This document shows positions 37,513-47,385 of a stretch of 64,000 bases of DNA, in pieces. Made by a program: the position numbers and the translations under genes. The DNA comes from a virus (taxonomy: Duplodnaviria > Caudoviricetes): the IMG/VR virus record IMGVR_UViG_3300033405_000003. One strand, written 5' to 3'. The notes beneath the pieces are model-generated. The model made no database searches. It was not told the DNA's origin and was given only the letters and a program-made list of their open reading frames with translations. How positions within the stretch are numbered: the stretch's first letter is position 1; each line of letters begins with the position of its first letter.

Positions 37513-37824
37513 TTACCAGCGGCGGAAGTGCTCGCGCTCGCGGCCCTCGTGGCCCCAGCCCTCGTGCTCGTGCTCGTGGCCCCAGCCGCGGCCCCAGCCG
37601 CCGTGCTCCCAGCCCGTGAACTCGCCCTTCGCGGCCAGCATCCCGATGGGCCTGCCGGTCTCGGCCATCGCGTACCCGGCCACCATCGTGGCGCCGCCGC
37701 CCACGGCCGCGTACTTGAGGATCTTGCCCCAGTCGAGGCCGCGCGCGCGCTTGCGTCCGAAGATAAAGCTCGCGACCGTCCCGATGCCCGCGCCCACGAG
37801 GGCTGCCTTCTTGTAATCGACCAT
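37513..37824 (-). CDS. Small two-TM protein, His/Gly/Trp-rich tail
   Basis: AAGGAG SD. Confidence 0.7.
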   Translation of the reverse strand: MVDYKKAALVGAGIGTVASFIFGRKRARGLDWGKILKYAAVGGGATMVAGYAMAETGRPIGMLAAKGEFTGWEHGGWGRGWGHEHEHEGWGHEGREREHFRRW

Positions 37825-37863
37825 GATGAGTTCTCCTTGTTCTTGATTTGAGAATTGTTTCGT

Positions 37864-38277
37864 CTACCACCAGCGGCGCTCGTGGTGGCGTTCCCACGGG
37901 CGCTCGCGCCACTCCTCGCGACGCTCCCACGGTTCCCAGCCCGCCCTCGGCGCGGGCAGGGGGCGCGGCCCTTCGAGGCGGTCCAGCATGGACAGGGACT
38001 TCTCGGGGTTCTTCGTGCCCATCACCGTGAGCGCGAGCCACCCGAGGCCGAGCGCGCCTCCCCAGAAAGGGCTCCGCTTGTAGACGCCGTACACGATGAG
38101 CCCCGCGCCGAGGTCAGCCGTGAGCGCGCCGCCGGTCGTCCACGACTGGAACTCGGCCTTGTGGGCTTCGCTCGGCGTCGCCGCGACGGCCTGCGAGGAG
38201 CGCCTCTCGATCATGCTGCCGGCGATGCTGAGCGCGATGCCTGTCTTGATGAACGGGAAGTCTTTTTCTTCGAGCAT
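37864..38277 (-). CDS. Membrane protein
   Basis: GAGGAG SD; hydrophobic segments. Confidence 0.65.
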   Translation of the reverse strand: MLEEKDFPFIKTGIALSIAGSMIERRSSQAVAATPSEAHKAEFQSWTTGGALTADLGAGLIVYGVYKRSPFWGGALGLGWLALTVMGTKNPEKSLSMLDRLEGPRPLPAPRAGWEPWERREEWRERPWERHHERRWW

Positions 38278-38288
38278 GTTCTTTCTCC

Positions 38289-38567
38289 TCAACGCGTGCG
38301 TGTGTGGTGCGCGTGACGCATGCGGCGGCGGCGCCTCGCGAGAGAGGTCCTCGAGAGCGGGCCGTGGTGGTGCTTGAGGCCGCGCACGTTGAGCGCGAAC
38401 TGGGCCATGTGCCCGACGTGGCCGCCCTTGTGGACCTCCTTCTCGAGTTCGCGCGTCGGGATGTGCTCGCCGGGGGCGTAGCCCATCGCACGGTGGAGCG
38501 CTCCCTTGTGCTTCTTGACGCCGGTCGGCCCGATCCACTTGTACGGGCGCTTCTTCTTCCTCGCCAT
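38289..38567 (-). CDS. Basic His/Arg-rich protein
   Basis: KWI...KHKGALHRAMG...AQFALNVR. Confidence 0.65.
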   Translation of the reverse strand: MARKKKRPYKWIGPTGVKKHKGALHRAMGYAPGEHIPTRELEKEVHKGGHVGHMAQFALNVRGLKHHHGPLSRTSLARRRRRMRHAHHTRTR

Positions 38568-38569
38568 CG

Positions 38570-39166
38570 TCATGCTCCTGTCTGCGCTGCCTGCGCGGCC
38601 ACGGCGCCCATGTGCGCGCGATCCTGCGCGTTGATGCACCCGATCGAGTACCGGACGAGCAGCGCCGTCCGGCCGTCCATCCTGCCCGTCGCCGGCTCGC
38701 CGAAGCGCGCCTGCAGGCTCCTCACAGCCGCGCGCGTCTCTGGGCCCGGGACGCCGTCCTCCGCGAGCGGCGGCTGCGCGCCGAGGACGTTCAGGTCCTT
38801 CTGCGCGGAGAGCACGTCGAGCGGCGCCGAGAGCACGCGGAATGCCTGCACGACCTCCGCCGGCGCCTGCATGAGCGAGACGATGTCGGCGGCGAGGGCC
38901 TGGGGCTTGTACGTGTCGAGGATCTGCGCGGCGACCGTCGCTTCGTGGAGGTGCTGGAGGTAGTCGGCCGTCGTCGCGGGCGCCGGGCGCCGCGGGAGAA
39001 GAAGACGCTCGCGCGCGGGCGGGCGCGGAAAGGGATAATGGGCGCCCGTGACCGGCCCCGCGGGCCCCGTCATCTGCCGCTCGCGCGCGATCCGCGCCTC
39101 GGCGTGGCGCTGGGCGAGGATCCAGATCAGGAAGCCGCCGGGGAGGAGCCAGAAGAGGAGCGGCAT
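38570..39166 (-). CDS. TM protein with peptidoglycan-binding domain
   Basis: LAEDGVPGPETRAAVRSLQARFGEPATGRMDGRT. Confidence 0.8.
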   Translation of the reverse strand: MPLLFWLLPGGFLIWILAQRHAEARIARERQMTGPAGPVTGAHYPFPRPPARERLLLPRRPAPATTADYLQHLHEATVAAQILDTYKPQALAADIVSLMQAPAEVVQAFRVLSAPLDVLSAQKDLNVLGAQPPLAEDGVPGPETRAAVRSLQARFGEPATGRMDGRTALLVRYSIGCINAQDRAHMGAVAAQAAQTGA

Positions 39167-39167
39167 G

Positions 39168-39689
39168 TCAGGTGCTCCCCGCCACGGCCGCGGCGAGCGC
39201 GGCGTTGGTCCTCGGGTCGATGATCCCGTCGATGTCGAGATCGTGGAGCGACTGGAAGCGCTTCACCGCGAGGGTCGTCGCGTCGTCCTGTACGCCCGTG
39301 AGCGGCACCGCGTAGCCGAGCTGCCGGAGCATCCTCTGGGCGTGCCACACCATGGCCGAGTGCCCGAAGGCTTGCCCGACGTGGTGCGGCGAGTTCGCCC
39401 GCGAGACTTCGGCGGCGCGCTTGCCCACCGTCGCGGCGGTCTGGTCGAACCCCGCGGCGGCGAGCTTGGCCCCGAGCACCGAGAGGACCGCGGGGTCGTG
39501 CTCGCCCGCGAGCGCGGTCAGCACGGCCGAGCGCGTCGGAGCGTCAAGCTCCGGGTCGAGCGAGTGGGCGAGCGCGGAGCCGTTGTGGTCTTTGTAGCGC
39601 CTCCGCGACGAGAAAATGAGCAGACCCATGCCGATGGCGGCGCCCGCCACCACGGCTTTCTTCGCTGGGGTCCACTCGATCATCGACAT
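39168..39689 (-). CDS. TM protein with peptidoglycan-binding domain
   Basis: AQRMLRQLGY...AVKRFQSLHDLDIDGIIDPRT. Confidence 0.85.
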   Translation of the reverse strand: MSMIEWTPAKKAVVAGAAIGMGLLIFSSRRRYKDHNGSALAHSLDPELDAPTRSAVLTALAGEHDPAVLSVLGAKLAAAGFDQTAATVGKRAAEVSRANSPHHVGQAFGHSAMVWHAQRMLRQLGYAVPLTGVQDDATTLAVKRFQSLHDLDIDGIIDPRTNAALAAAVAGST

Positions 39690-39690
39690 C

Positions 39691-40221
39691 TCAGAGCTGC
39701 GGCGGCTGTTGCGGCGGCGGTTGCTGGTTTGGGAACATGGCGACCATCACTCCCTTGCTCCCGTCGCCGAACGGCATCCCGTGCTGCGGAGGCGGCGCTT
39801 GGTTCGGGTACTGCTGCACGGCGCCCCCGCCCCCGGCGTAGGCTTGCTGGCTCGGCTGGCCCTGGCCCGGCTGGTTCGGGTACTGCTGGACCATCACGCC
39901 CTGGCTCCCCGGCTGGTGCTGGATCGGGGCCTGGACTCCCACCCCGACCTGGTTCTGCGGCATCAGCGCGAGCGTCGAGCCATCGTTGCACACGAACGTC
40001 GCGCGGAGCGTGCCCATCGCGGCGCACTGCCCGAGGCACTCGCGGATGAGGATGAAGGCGGTCGGGTTCGCCGAGCGCGTGTCCGAGCGGCTCGCGAGCC
40101 CGCCGAGCACCGTGGGCAGAAGGCTGAAGAAGACCTGGAGGTCCGTCGGCCGCGGGTCCTGGAACTTCACGCCGGGGAGCACGTCCGAGGCGGTGACTGC
40201 GGTCTTGTCTTTCTCGTCCAT
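39691..40221 (-). CDS. Gln/Pro-rich protein
   Basis: VQQYPNQ repeats. Confidence 0.7.
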   Translation of the reverse strand: MDEKDKTAVTASDVLPGVKFQDPRPTDLQVFFSLLPTVLGGLASRSDTRSANPTAFILIRECLGQCAAMGTLRATFVCNDGSTLALMPQNQVGVGVQAPIQHQPGSQGVMVQQYPNQPGQGQPSQQAYAGGGGAVQQYPNQAPPPQHGMPFGDGSKGVMVAMFPNQQPPPQQPPQL

Positions 40222-40257
40222 GGTCGGGTCCTCTTTCTCTTTCCTCGCAATTTGAGA

Positions 40258-40446
40258 TTATCGGTAGTCGTCGTAGTAGCCGGCGGCCTGGTGGTCGCTG
40301 TAGCCGCGCTGCGCCTCGGCTGGGGCGTCCTCGTGGTACTGCGCGTCGGCGTCCCCGTATTGCGCGTCCGCGGTCGCGGCGCCGCCGCCCGGGAGGTGCC
40401 GGTAGAACTTCACGAGCCACTGGGCCTCTTGGAGCGTGAATCCCAT
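40258..40446 (-). CDS. Small hypothetical protein
   Basis: Packed in operon. Confidence 0.5.
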   Translation of the reverse strand: MGFTLQEAQWLVKFYRHLPGGGAATADAQYGDADAQYHEDAPAEAQRGYSDHQAAGYYDDYR

Positions 40447-40447
40447 G

Positions 40448-42085
40448 TCAGAGCCCGTGTCCCCAGCCGCCGAAGCTCCCCCAGCTCCCGTAGCCGCCGA
40501 GCCCACCGAGGCCGCCCTCGCCGATGTAGCCGTAGCCGCCGTAGTCGCCGGTGGGCTGCATCGGGTAGTAGGCGCTGCCGCCCGACGGCTCGTGCGGCGG
40601 GTAGTACGCGCCCCCCTGGAGCCCTTGCTGCGGGAAGTACGAATACTCGTCTCCTGGCGCGGGCCACCAACCTTGCGCGACTTCGGTGCCTGCTTGCGCT
40701 CCGGCGTCCGTGGCGGCATCGGTCCCCGCGGCGCCCGGTAGCGCTGTCGCCGCCATCGCGCCCCCACCGCCGATGGGTATCCCGACGGGCGTCTGCGCTT
40801 CCATTGACTGGTCGTCTTGGTCCATCGGCGGCTGCGGCTGCTGCATCGGCTGCTGCATCGGGTGCCGATGATGGTGGCGGCGGTGGTGGTGTCGCATCAT
40901 CTCGGCCTGCTGTTGCTCAGCGAGCTGCTCCGGCGTCAGGTGACGCCGGTGATGGCGACGGTGCATGGGAGGCATCTCCTCCTCCATCTCGCCCGGGAAA
41001 CCCTGCTGCGGCATCATCCCGCGACCACGGCCGAAATGTTCGTGCTCGCGTCCGCGGCCAAAATGTTCGTGCTCACGCCCACGACCGAATTGTGGGTGGC
41101 CGTGGCCGAATTGCTCGTGCCCGCGTCCACCGTGGCCGAACTGCTCGTGTCCGCGGCCAAACTGTTCGTGCCCGCGCCCGTGCTCGTGGCCGTTCCAGCC
41201 CGTAGCGATGGGTCCCCAGCCTGCGGCTTCAGGCACGACGACTTCCTCGACGACGGGCGGGTGCCAGTGGTGGTGATGGTGGTGGCGCCAGCGTCCGAAC
41301 TCGTCCCAGTAACCGACAACCTCGGGCACGACGACTTCATCGACGACGGGCGGGTGCCAGTGGTGGTGATGATGATGGCGCCAGCGTCCGAACTCGTCCC
41401 AGTAGCCGACCACGTGGGGCGCCGCGCCTTGGCCGAGCGCCTCCATGCGGAGCGCCTTCGCGGTCTCCTGGTCGAGCATCCCCGACGTCGGCAGGTGCAC
41501 CTCGGCCTGGAAGATGGTGATGAGGTGCGCGGTCTCCGCGTCGAGCACGTTGGTGATGGGGAGCGGCAGCGGGACGCCCTCGACGTGGAGGTGCCCCTGG
41601 CGCGTCGCGAGCACGTTGAGGAGCACCTGCGCCTCGCACGGCGTCATGGGCGAGTCGATCGGGACAGCGCCTGCCGGCGGTGCGGCGGCTGCGACCCCTT
41701 CGATCTGCTTCTTGTGGAGGTCGACGTCGCTGGCTCCGGTCGCCATCGCCTCGCCGACGGCGTTCGCCTTCGCGGCGAGCGCGAGCGCGCTGTTCTCGTT
41801 GCCGAGCGCGCTCTGCGCGACCGCGTGCGCCGCGATCTTCTTCGGGTCCGTCTCGGTCGTGAGCAGGGTGTTCACCTGCTTGACCTGGTCGGTCGACATG
41901 TGCGGGTCGAGCGCCACCGTGGGACTCGGTGTCGGCACGCTCGTCACCTTGACCTTCTCGAGCGCGACGACCTTGTCGGCCGGCGTCGCGAGGAGGCGGG
42001 CGAAGGGCGACCACGCCGGGTTCTTGTCCTTCTCGTAGAGGTAGAAGACGACGCCGCCGAGGATCAGGATCGGGATCGGTCCCAT
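40448..42085 (-). CDS. TM + peptidoglycan-binding protein with His-rich repeats
   Basis: GGAGG SD; FQAEVHLPTSGMLDQET; tandem repeats. Confidence 0.8.
   Translation of the reverse strand: MGPIPILILGGVVFYLYEKDKNPAWSPFARLLATPADKVVALEKVKVTSVPTPSPTVALDPHMSTDQVKQVNTLLTTETDPKKIAAHAVAQSALGNENSALALAAKANAVGEAMATGASDVDLHKKQIEGVAAAAPPAGAVPIDSPMTPCEAQVLLNVLATRQGHLHVEGVPLPLPITNVLDAETAHLITIFQAEVHLPTSGMLDQETAKALRMEALGQGAAPHVVGYWDEFGRWRHHHHHHWHPPVVDEVVVPEVVGYWDEFGRWRHHHHHHWHPPVVEEVVVPEAAGWGPIATGWNGHEHGRGHEQFGRGHEQFGHGGRGHEQFGHGHPQFGRGREHEHFGRGREHEHFGRGRGMMPQQGFPGEMEEEMPPMHRRHHRRHLTPEQLAEQQQAEMMRHHHRRHHHRHPMQQPMQQPQPPMDQDDQSMEAQTPVGIPIGGGGAMAATALPGAAGTDAATDAGAQAGTEVAQGWWPAPGDEYSYFPQQGLQGGAYYPPHEPSGGSAYYPMQPTGDYGGYGYIGEGGLGGLGGYGSWGSFGGWGHGL
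41228..41413 (-). repeat. 93-bp intragenic tandem duplication
   Basis: VVGYWDEFGRWRHHHHHHWHPPVV(D/E)EVVVPE x2. Confidence 0.9.
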
Positions 42086-42087
42086 GT

Positions 42088-42609
42088 TCACCTCCGCCGT
42101 CCGCCGTGGGGCCCGCCGAAGTGCGGGTGCGGCTGGTACTGCGGCGGCATGAAAGGCTGCTGCCCACCGTCGCCGCCGAAGCCCCCGCCACCGCCCTCGT
42201 CGCCGAACTGCTGCTGGTAGTGGTGGTGCGGGTGGAAATGCCCCCCGCCTCCCCCGCGACCGACGGCCATGTAGCCGGCGTACGGCGGGTGGACCGCGCC
42301 CGGGACGTTGCACGGGCACTTGTAGACAGGGAGCGTCGGGTCGAGCGGGTCGAGGCTCATCGGGCAGAGGCAGTTGCGTGGGTCCGGTGGCGGCGGGGGC
42401 GTCCTGCCGTCTCCCACGTAACCGTAGTGCCCGACGATCGCGGGGCCCGACTGGACGCCGGCGAAGTAACCCGTCGCGTGCGCCTCGCGAAGGTTCTTCG
42501 ACTCGCGGCGCTTCCAGCGCTCGCCTTTGTCGTCCTCGAGCCAACGGTACACCGCGTAGCCGCCGATGCCGACGGCCGCGATGGTGAGGATTGTTCCGAG
42601 ATCGCTCAT
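42088..42609 (-). CDS. N-terminal TM protein
   Basis: ILTIAAVGIGGYAVY; GVQSGPAIVG. Confidence 0.75.
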   Translation of the reverse strand: MSDLGTILTIAAVGIGGYAVYRWLEDDKGERWKRRESKNLREAHATGYFAGVQSGPAIVGHYGYVGDGRTPPPPPDPRNCLCPMSLDPLDPTLPVYKCPCNVPGAVHPPYAGYMAVGRGGGGGHFHPHHHYQQQFGDEGGGGGFGGDGGQQPFMPPQYQPHPHFGGPHGGRRR

Positions 42610-42625
42610 GTCTGGTCTCTTTCTT

Positions 42626-43081
42626 TCATCCGCGGAGCTGTTCGTAGGTGACGTGCTGCGGCATCCCGAGGATGGCCGAAGGGTCCTCGATCTGCTCGTG
42701 GATGCGCACTTGGATGTGGTAGACGGTCATCGGCGGCTCGAGGCCGCGCGGGTCTGGGTGGTAGGTCACCTTGATGTGCGGGTAGACGTCGTCGAAGCCC
42801 TGGTGGCGCAATTCCGCGATTCTCCAACAGGCAAAATCCTTGCAATCTCCGCTACCTAGCGCGATTGTTTGAGGTATATCCTGCCATGAGTCCAGACCGG
42901 ACGGTCGAACCTTGAGGACGTACTGCGGCGCGAATTCGTAGAGCGACGGCAGCCCCGGGTTCTCGATGATGTAGTTCCAGTCCGCGACGATCAGGAACTC
43001 GAGCGCCGCGCGCAGGACGATCTGCTTTCGCTGCACGGGCAGCGACGAGAACGAGAGGAGTTCGAACTTCGGCGTGTACAT
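42626..43081 (-). CDS. Transglutaminase-like Cys-His-Asp protein
   Basis: GDCKDFACWRIAEL...YHIQVR...IEDPS. Confidence 0.65.
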   Translation of the reverse strand: MYTPKFELLSFSSLPVQRKQIVLRAALEFLIVADWNYIIENPGLPSLYEFAPQYVLKVRPSGLDSWQDIPQTIALGSGDCKDFACWRIAELRHQGFDDVYPHIKVTYHPDPRGLEPPMTVYHIQVRIHEQIEDPSAILGMPQHVTYEQLRG

Positions 43082-43084
43082 CGC

Positions 43085-43933
43085 CTACTTCGTCCCCTCG
43101 GCGGCCTTCTCGATCGCCTCGATGCGCGCGCGGGTCTCCTCCTCGTACTTCTTCTGGAGGACGGCGAACTCCTCCTCGACGTTCACGAGGACGATCCCGC
43201 CGCCAATCTCCACCGCCTCGGCGGAGCGGTTCGAGAGGCTCACCGTCATGATGATCCCCGGGACGATCATGTCCGGGACCTCGAATGCGCCGGGCACCAT
43301 GGCGACGGCCATCGGGACGGGCGTGCTCGACAGGAAGAACGAGTCCTTGCCGAGGCGGAAGTCGTTGATGAAGAGAGCGTCCTTGTCCCCGATGATCTCG
43401 GCGGCGAAGCGCTTGAAGCGGCTCGCGACCTCGGGCTGCCATTGGACAATGACCGTCGAGTTGGGCGGGACGGCGAGCGCGGTCGGGACCTGCTCTCGCG
43501 CCACGTGCGCCCCCATGGGGAGCTTCCACTGGAGCCGCATCATGCCCGCCCGCTCGCCCTCGACCTGCGCGAGCACGCCGCAGGTGATCTCCGTGGTCGT
43601 CGCCATGATCCTCCTCGCGACGTGCTCGGGGATCTCAAGGCGCGCCCATTGGCCGGGCAGCACGATCTCGGGCTCGACTTGGAACGTCTCGCCGGCGACG
43701 TAGAAGCCGGTCACCCTGCAGGGGAGCTGGGGCATCGTCTCGACGAAGAGCCGTGCGTCTTCGCGTTCGTTGTCGCGCGTCGCGAACGGCAGGGCGTATT
43801 CACCCTTCGGCTTGCGCGCGCTCCCGAGCACGGCGCTCGAACGCACCGAGCTGCACTTTGGTCCCCTGGGGGCGTCCGGGGACATGTCGCTCGGGTGGTT
43901 CGGGTACTGCGCCACCATTTTGCCGGCACTCAT
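43085..43933 (-). CDS. Beta-rich protein, C-terminal half paralogous to 44164-44838
   Basis: INDFRLGKDS...PGIIMTVSLSN versus INDIRVGKDS...PGIIITISVSN. Confidence 0.75.
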   Translation of the reverse strand: MSAGKMVAQYPNHPSDMSPDAPRGPKCSSVRSSAVLGSARKPKGEYALPFATRDNEREDARLFVETMPQLPCRVTGFYVAGETFQVEPEIVLPGQWARLEIPEHVARRIMATTTEITCGVLAQVEGERAGMMRLQWKLPMGAHVAREQVPTALAVPPNSTVIVQWQPEVASRFKRFAAEIIGDKDALFINDFRLGKDSFFLSSTPVPMAVAMVPGAFEVPDMIVPGIIMTVSLSNRSAEAVEIGGGIVLVNVEEEFAVLQKKYEEETRARIEAIEKAAEGTK

Positions 43934-43988
43934 GGAGACCTCGCTGCGTTCGGACCGTGGAAGAAAATCAAAGCTCTAAAACCGAGGA

Positions 43989-44032
43989 CGCCCGCCTCCT
44001 CATCCCGCGATGAGGGGGAGAGGAGGCGGGCG
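43989..44032. other. Strong intergenic hairpin
   Basis: CGCCCGCCTCCTC / GAGGAGGCGGGCG 13-bp perfect inverted repeat. Confidence 0.6.
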
Positions 44033-44163
44033 TTCGGGCCAGATATCCGGACCCCCTGGCCGGGGCTAGGTAGGCAGAAAGAGTGTAACGGCCTAACCGG
44101 ATTCCTTGCTCGATGCGCGAGCAATGGCGCACTCCTCGGAATCCGAGGAATGCGCCCGCCCTT

Positions 44164-44838
44164 TCACTGCATCGAGGTTCCGATGAGCGCCGCCGAGAAC
44201 GTCTGCTGCGCAGCCGTCGTGTTCGAGACGCTGATCGTGATGATGATGCCCGGGGTCGCGGTGTCGAGGCCGAGGTTGACTCCGACGGCCAACTCGCTGA
44301 ACGCCGCCGCGGGGATCGGGTTCGCAGACACGGCCTGCGAGTCCTTGCCGACGCGGATGTCGTTGATCGAGAAGTTGTTCGCGAGCGCGCTCGGGACGAT
44401 GAGTCGCGATCCGCGGAAGATGAGCTGCGGCTGCGCCTGGAAGATCGCAGTCGAGTTCGCGAGGATGACCGTCGGGCCGAAGCCGATGACGAACTCGCGG
44501 ACCTGCGTCGGGGGCGTGTTGACCACGTGCGGGTACCCGCTGTACGGGTACGGCGTCGACGCGGCGTAGCCGTACGGGCCGTAGCCGATCGGCGACCAGG
44601 GGAAGCCGGGGGGCGCCCACGGGTGGCGACCGCGGTGGTGAGCCGGGTGGCCGGGGGGCGGGCCTGCCATGGGGCCGCCGGGACCGGGGCCCATCATCGG
44701 GCCTGCGCCCGCGGGTCCTGCGCCGACGATGGCGGGGCCCGACTGCACTCCCACGAGCTGCGGGCCGAAGCCCACGCGATCGTAGCCGCCCGGCGCTGCG
44801 CCGTAGCCGACTCGATCCAGATTTGCGAATTCGTACAT
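44164..44838 (-). CDS. Candidate jelly-roll capsid-like protein
   Basis: AAGGAAG SD; disordered N-terminus plus ~115-aa alternating beta-strand domain; fold is inference. Confidence 0.5.
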   Translation of the reverse strand: MYEFANLDRVGYGAAPGGYDRVGFGPQLVGVQSGPAIVGAGPAGAGPMMGPGPGGPMAGPPPGHPAHHRGRHPWAPPGFPWSPIGYGPYGYAASTPYPYSGYPHVVNTPPTQVREFVIGFGPTVILANSTAIFQAQPQLIFRGSRLIVPSALANNFSINDIRVGKDSQAVSANPIPAAAFSELAVGVNLGLDTATPGIIITISVSNTTAAQQTFSAALIGTSMQ

Positions 44839-45008
44839 GATGACCGCGCTTCCTTCTTCTCAGGGCGCGGAACCACGATGGATCCGCGCCTGAAATTTTG
44901 GAAAGCTTGAAGCGGCACCTATTCCGACTCGCGCCTTCTCTAGTTTTTCGACTCTTTCGTTATCGTCTTTGGATCTTCACCGGTGGTGGGTTGTGGTTCG
45001 GGCGGGGA

Positions 45009-45482
45009 TCAGGCGGCCCACGGGTAGCTTCCCGCGGTCTGCTGCTGGGGCTGGGCTGCATACGGCGACGCCGGGGGTGCGAACGCGCCGCGGACGACGC
45101 CGCCGGCGAGCGCTTGGTCCTTCGCGTCGCGCGCGGCGCTGCCCCACATCGTGCCCATGCGGCACGCGTAGGCGCAGAGGAACCCGGAGCCGATGTTGTT
45201 CACGTGGCTGGCTTGCGAGCCGAAGTACCCCGTGAAGGTCGCGAGCCCCGAGAAGAGCAAGCCGAGCGCCAGGTCAGCGGGAACTCCGGCGACCTCGTAG
45301 GCCCGGCGGCCGGCGGCGGCGTGCCGTGAGTTCATGTAGCTCATCGTGCCGGCGACGCCGACGACCTCGATGGCCTGCAGGACGGCCCCGAACGTCTTCT
45401 CGCCCCCTGCGCCCTCGACGATATGGGACATGCGCGGGAAGCGCTCGTGCCAGTCGCGGATGGTGTTGTCGGACAGGATCAT
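45009..45482 (-). CDS. Membrane protein
   Basis: GGAG SD; hydrophobic segments. Confidence 0.7.
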   Translation of the reverse strand: MILSDNTIRDWHERFPRMSHIVEGAGGEKTFGAVLQAIEVVGVAGTMSYMNSRHAAAGRRAYEVAGVPADLALGLLFSGLATFTGYFGSQASHVNNIGSGFLCAYACRMGTMWGSAARDAKDQALAGGVVRGAFAPPASPYAAQPQQQTAGSYPWAA

Positions 45483-45651
45483 CTGCTGTTCTCCACGAAT
45501 CTATCACACGCGAAACTTGCAACAAATTTCGTGAAATCCTGGACCGCTCGGTGGGATCCGGGCCGAAATAGCCTGGTTTTTCGGCCAGCGCCGTGACCGG
45601 ATTGTGGAGTTCGAACTCGCATATTGCCGTTGATATGCCGTTATGGTGCCG

Positions 45652-47340
45652 TCAATAATAACACCACTGGGGATAAGGCAGGACCCACGCGCCGTAGCTG
45701 TCGGTGTAGTGGCTCTCGGGCCAGTACATCGACGTCGACTGGATGCCAGCGCGGACGTCGCCAGTGTCGTCGCCGTGGCCGAAGAGGCTCGCCCAGATGC
45801 CCCCGTCGGGCCTCTTGCCTTCGGCGACCGCCGCGAGCGCCTCCTCGCCGCCCGGCGGCCACGCCGGCGGGGTCCTCGCGAGGAGCCAGCGCGTGGCCGC
45901 GTCCGGCTTGCCGCTCGTCGGGAGCTGCTGCTGGCGCTGGAACTCCGTGAGGTAGCGCGTCGTCTCCGGCCCGATGACGCCGTCCTCCGCGACGACCTTC
46001 GTGTGCCAGTACGCGTTGAGCAGGCGCTGGATGTCCTTGACGTCCGCGCTGCCTCCGCCCCCCGTGGGCTGGACGTAGCTCGCCTGGGCGAACCCGTTCT
46101 TCTTCGGCGCCATCATCTTCGTCGTGAAGTCCTTCACGCCCCCGGGTCTCTGCGTCGCCTTCGGCGCGGCCTTCTGGGCCGGCGGCCTCGGCTGCGGCAT
46201 CGGGTACGGTTGGTAGGTGACCGGCTGCGGCATCGGCTGCGGGCGGTACGTCACCGGGGGCTGCTGCGTAGTTTGGTATCCTTGATCAGCATATTGCCCA
46301 TATTGACCATATTGGTCGTACGCCGCTTGTTGATCATATGAGCTAGTGCCGTATTGCCCGTATTGACCATATTGCGCGTACGGGATCGCCTGGCGGCGCG
46401 GCCCAATGCTGATCTGCGGCACGTTGATCTGCACGCGCGGGAGCTGGAAGGGGCGGGCCTCGAACCTCGGCGCGCTCCTCCGACCGTAGGACGGCCTGCG
46501 CGAGCCGAAGATCGACGCTCCGAGGTCCTCGGCGCCCTCCTTCAGGATGTCGACGAGGTCCTCCCCGACGAAGCTCCCCGACGTCGTGGTCTTCGGGCCG
46601 CCCATCATGTTCTGGACGACGCCGGCCTTGCCGCCGGGGTGCTCCGGCTCCGCCATCCCGTACTTCTTCGCGAGGTGGCTAAGCAGGATGTTGAGCGTCA
46701 CGTCGGGCGTCGCGTGGCTGACGCGCTTCACGGGCGGCTTCTTCGCGGGCGGCTGCGGTTGCGTGGTTGGTGCTTGCGGCTGCGCCGCTGGGATTTGCTG
46801 CTGCGCCGCTGGGGCTTGCTGCTGCGTTGCCGGGGCTTGCTGCTGCGCGGGGTGCTGCTGCGTTGCCTGCGAGATCGCCTGCGTCGCCGCCGGGACCGCG
46901 ACTTTCGCGACCTGGCCGAAGATGTTGCCGAGCGTGGAGCCGAGATCGCTGCTCCCGCCGCCTCCCGGCGCGGCGCCACCGCTCCCCCCGCCGAACGCGC
47001 TGCCGAACGAGCTTGCGAGCGAGCTGAAGTCGAATCCGCCTCCGCCGCCTCCCCCTCCTCCGCCTCCTCCGCCGCCGCCACCGCTCCCGCCGAACGCGCT
47101 GCCGAGCGCGCTCCCGATCGAGCCCATGGCGCTGCCGAAGTCGCTGCCGAAATCACCGACGTAGTAGTCGCCGGCGTAGTGGCCCGGGTAGCCGCGGAAG
47201 TGTCCGGGGTAGGCTCCAGGGTATCCGCCGAAGCGTCCCGTCACTTCTTCGTTGATCGCTTCGACCGGATCGTAGCCGACGGCCGGTCCGTCGCCCTCGT
47301 CGTCGTTCAGCGTGCCGTCGTGACCGATCCAGATCGTCAT
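45652..47340 (-). CDS. Gly/Gln-rich protein with peptidoglycan-binding domain
   Basis: DVKDIQRLLN...EDGVIGPETTRYLTEFQRQQQLPTSGKPDAAT. Confidence 0.8.
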   Translation of the reverse strand: MTIWIGHDGTLNDDEGDGPAVGYDPVEAINEEVTGRFGGYPGAYPGHFRGYPGHYAGDYYVGDFGSDFGSAMGSIGSALGSAFGGSGGGGGGGGGGGGGGGGFDFSSLASSFGSAFGGGSGGAAPGGGGSSDLGSTLGNIFGQVAKVAVPAATQAISQATQQHPAQQQAPATQQQAPAAQQQIPAAQPQAPTTQPQPPAKKPPVKRVSHATPDVTLNILLSHLAKKYGMAEPEHPGGKAGVVQNMMGGPKTTTSGSFVGEDLVDILKEGAEDLGASIFGSRRPSYGRRSAPRFEARPFQLPRVQINVPQISIGPRRQAIPYAQYGQYGQYGTSSYDQQAAYDQYGQYGQYADQGYQTTQQPPVTYRPQPMPQPVTYQPYPMPQPRPPAQKAAPKATQRPGGVKDFTTKMMAPKKNGFAQASYVQPTGGGGSADVKDIQRLLNAYWHTKVVAEDGVIGPETTRYLTEFQRQQQLPTSGKPDAATRWLLARTPPAWPPGGEEALAAVAEGKRPDGGIWASLFGHGDDTGDVRAGIQSTSMYWPESHYTDSYGAWVLPYPQWCYY

Positions 47341-47385
47341 GGGAGTCCTCTCGTCACAAGTTACTACGGGCCTGGGCGATCTGCG

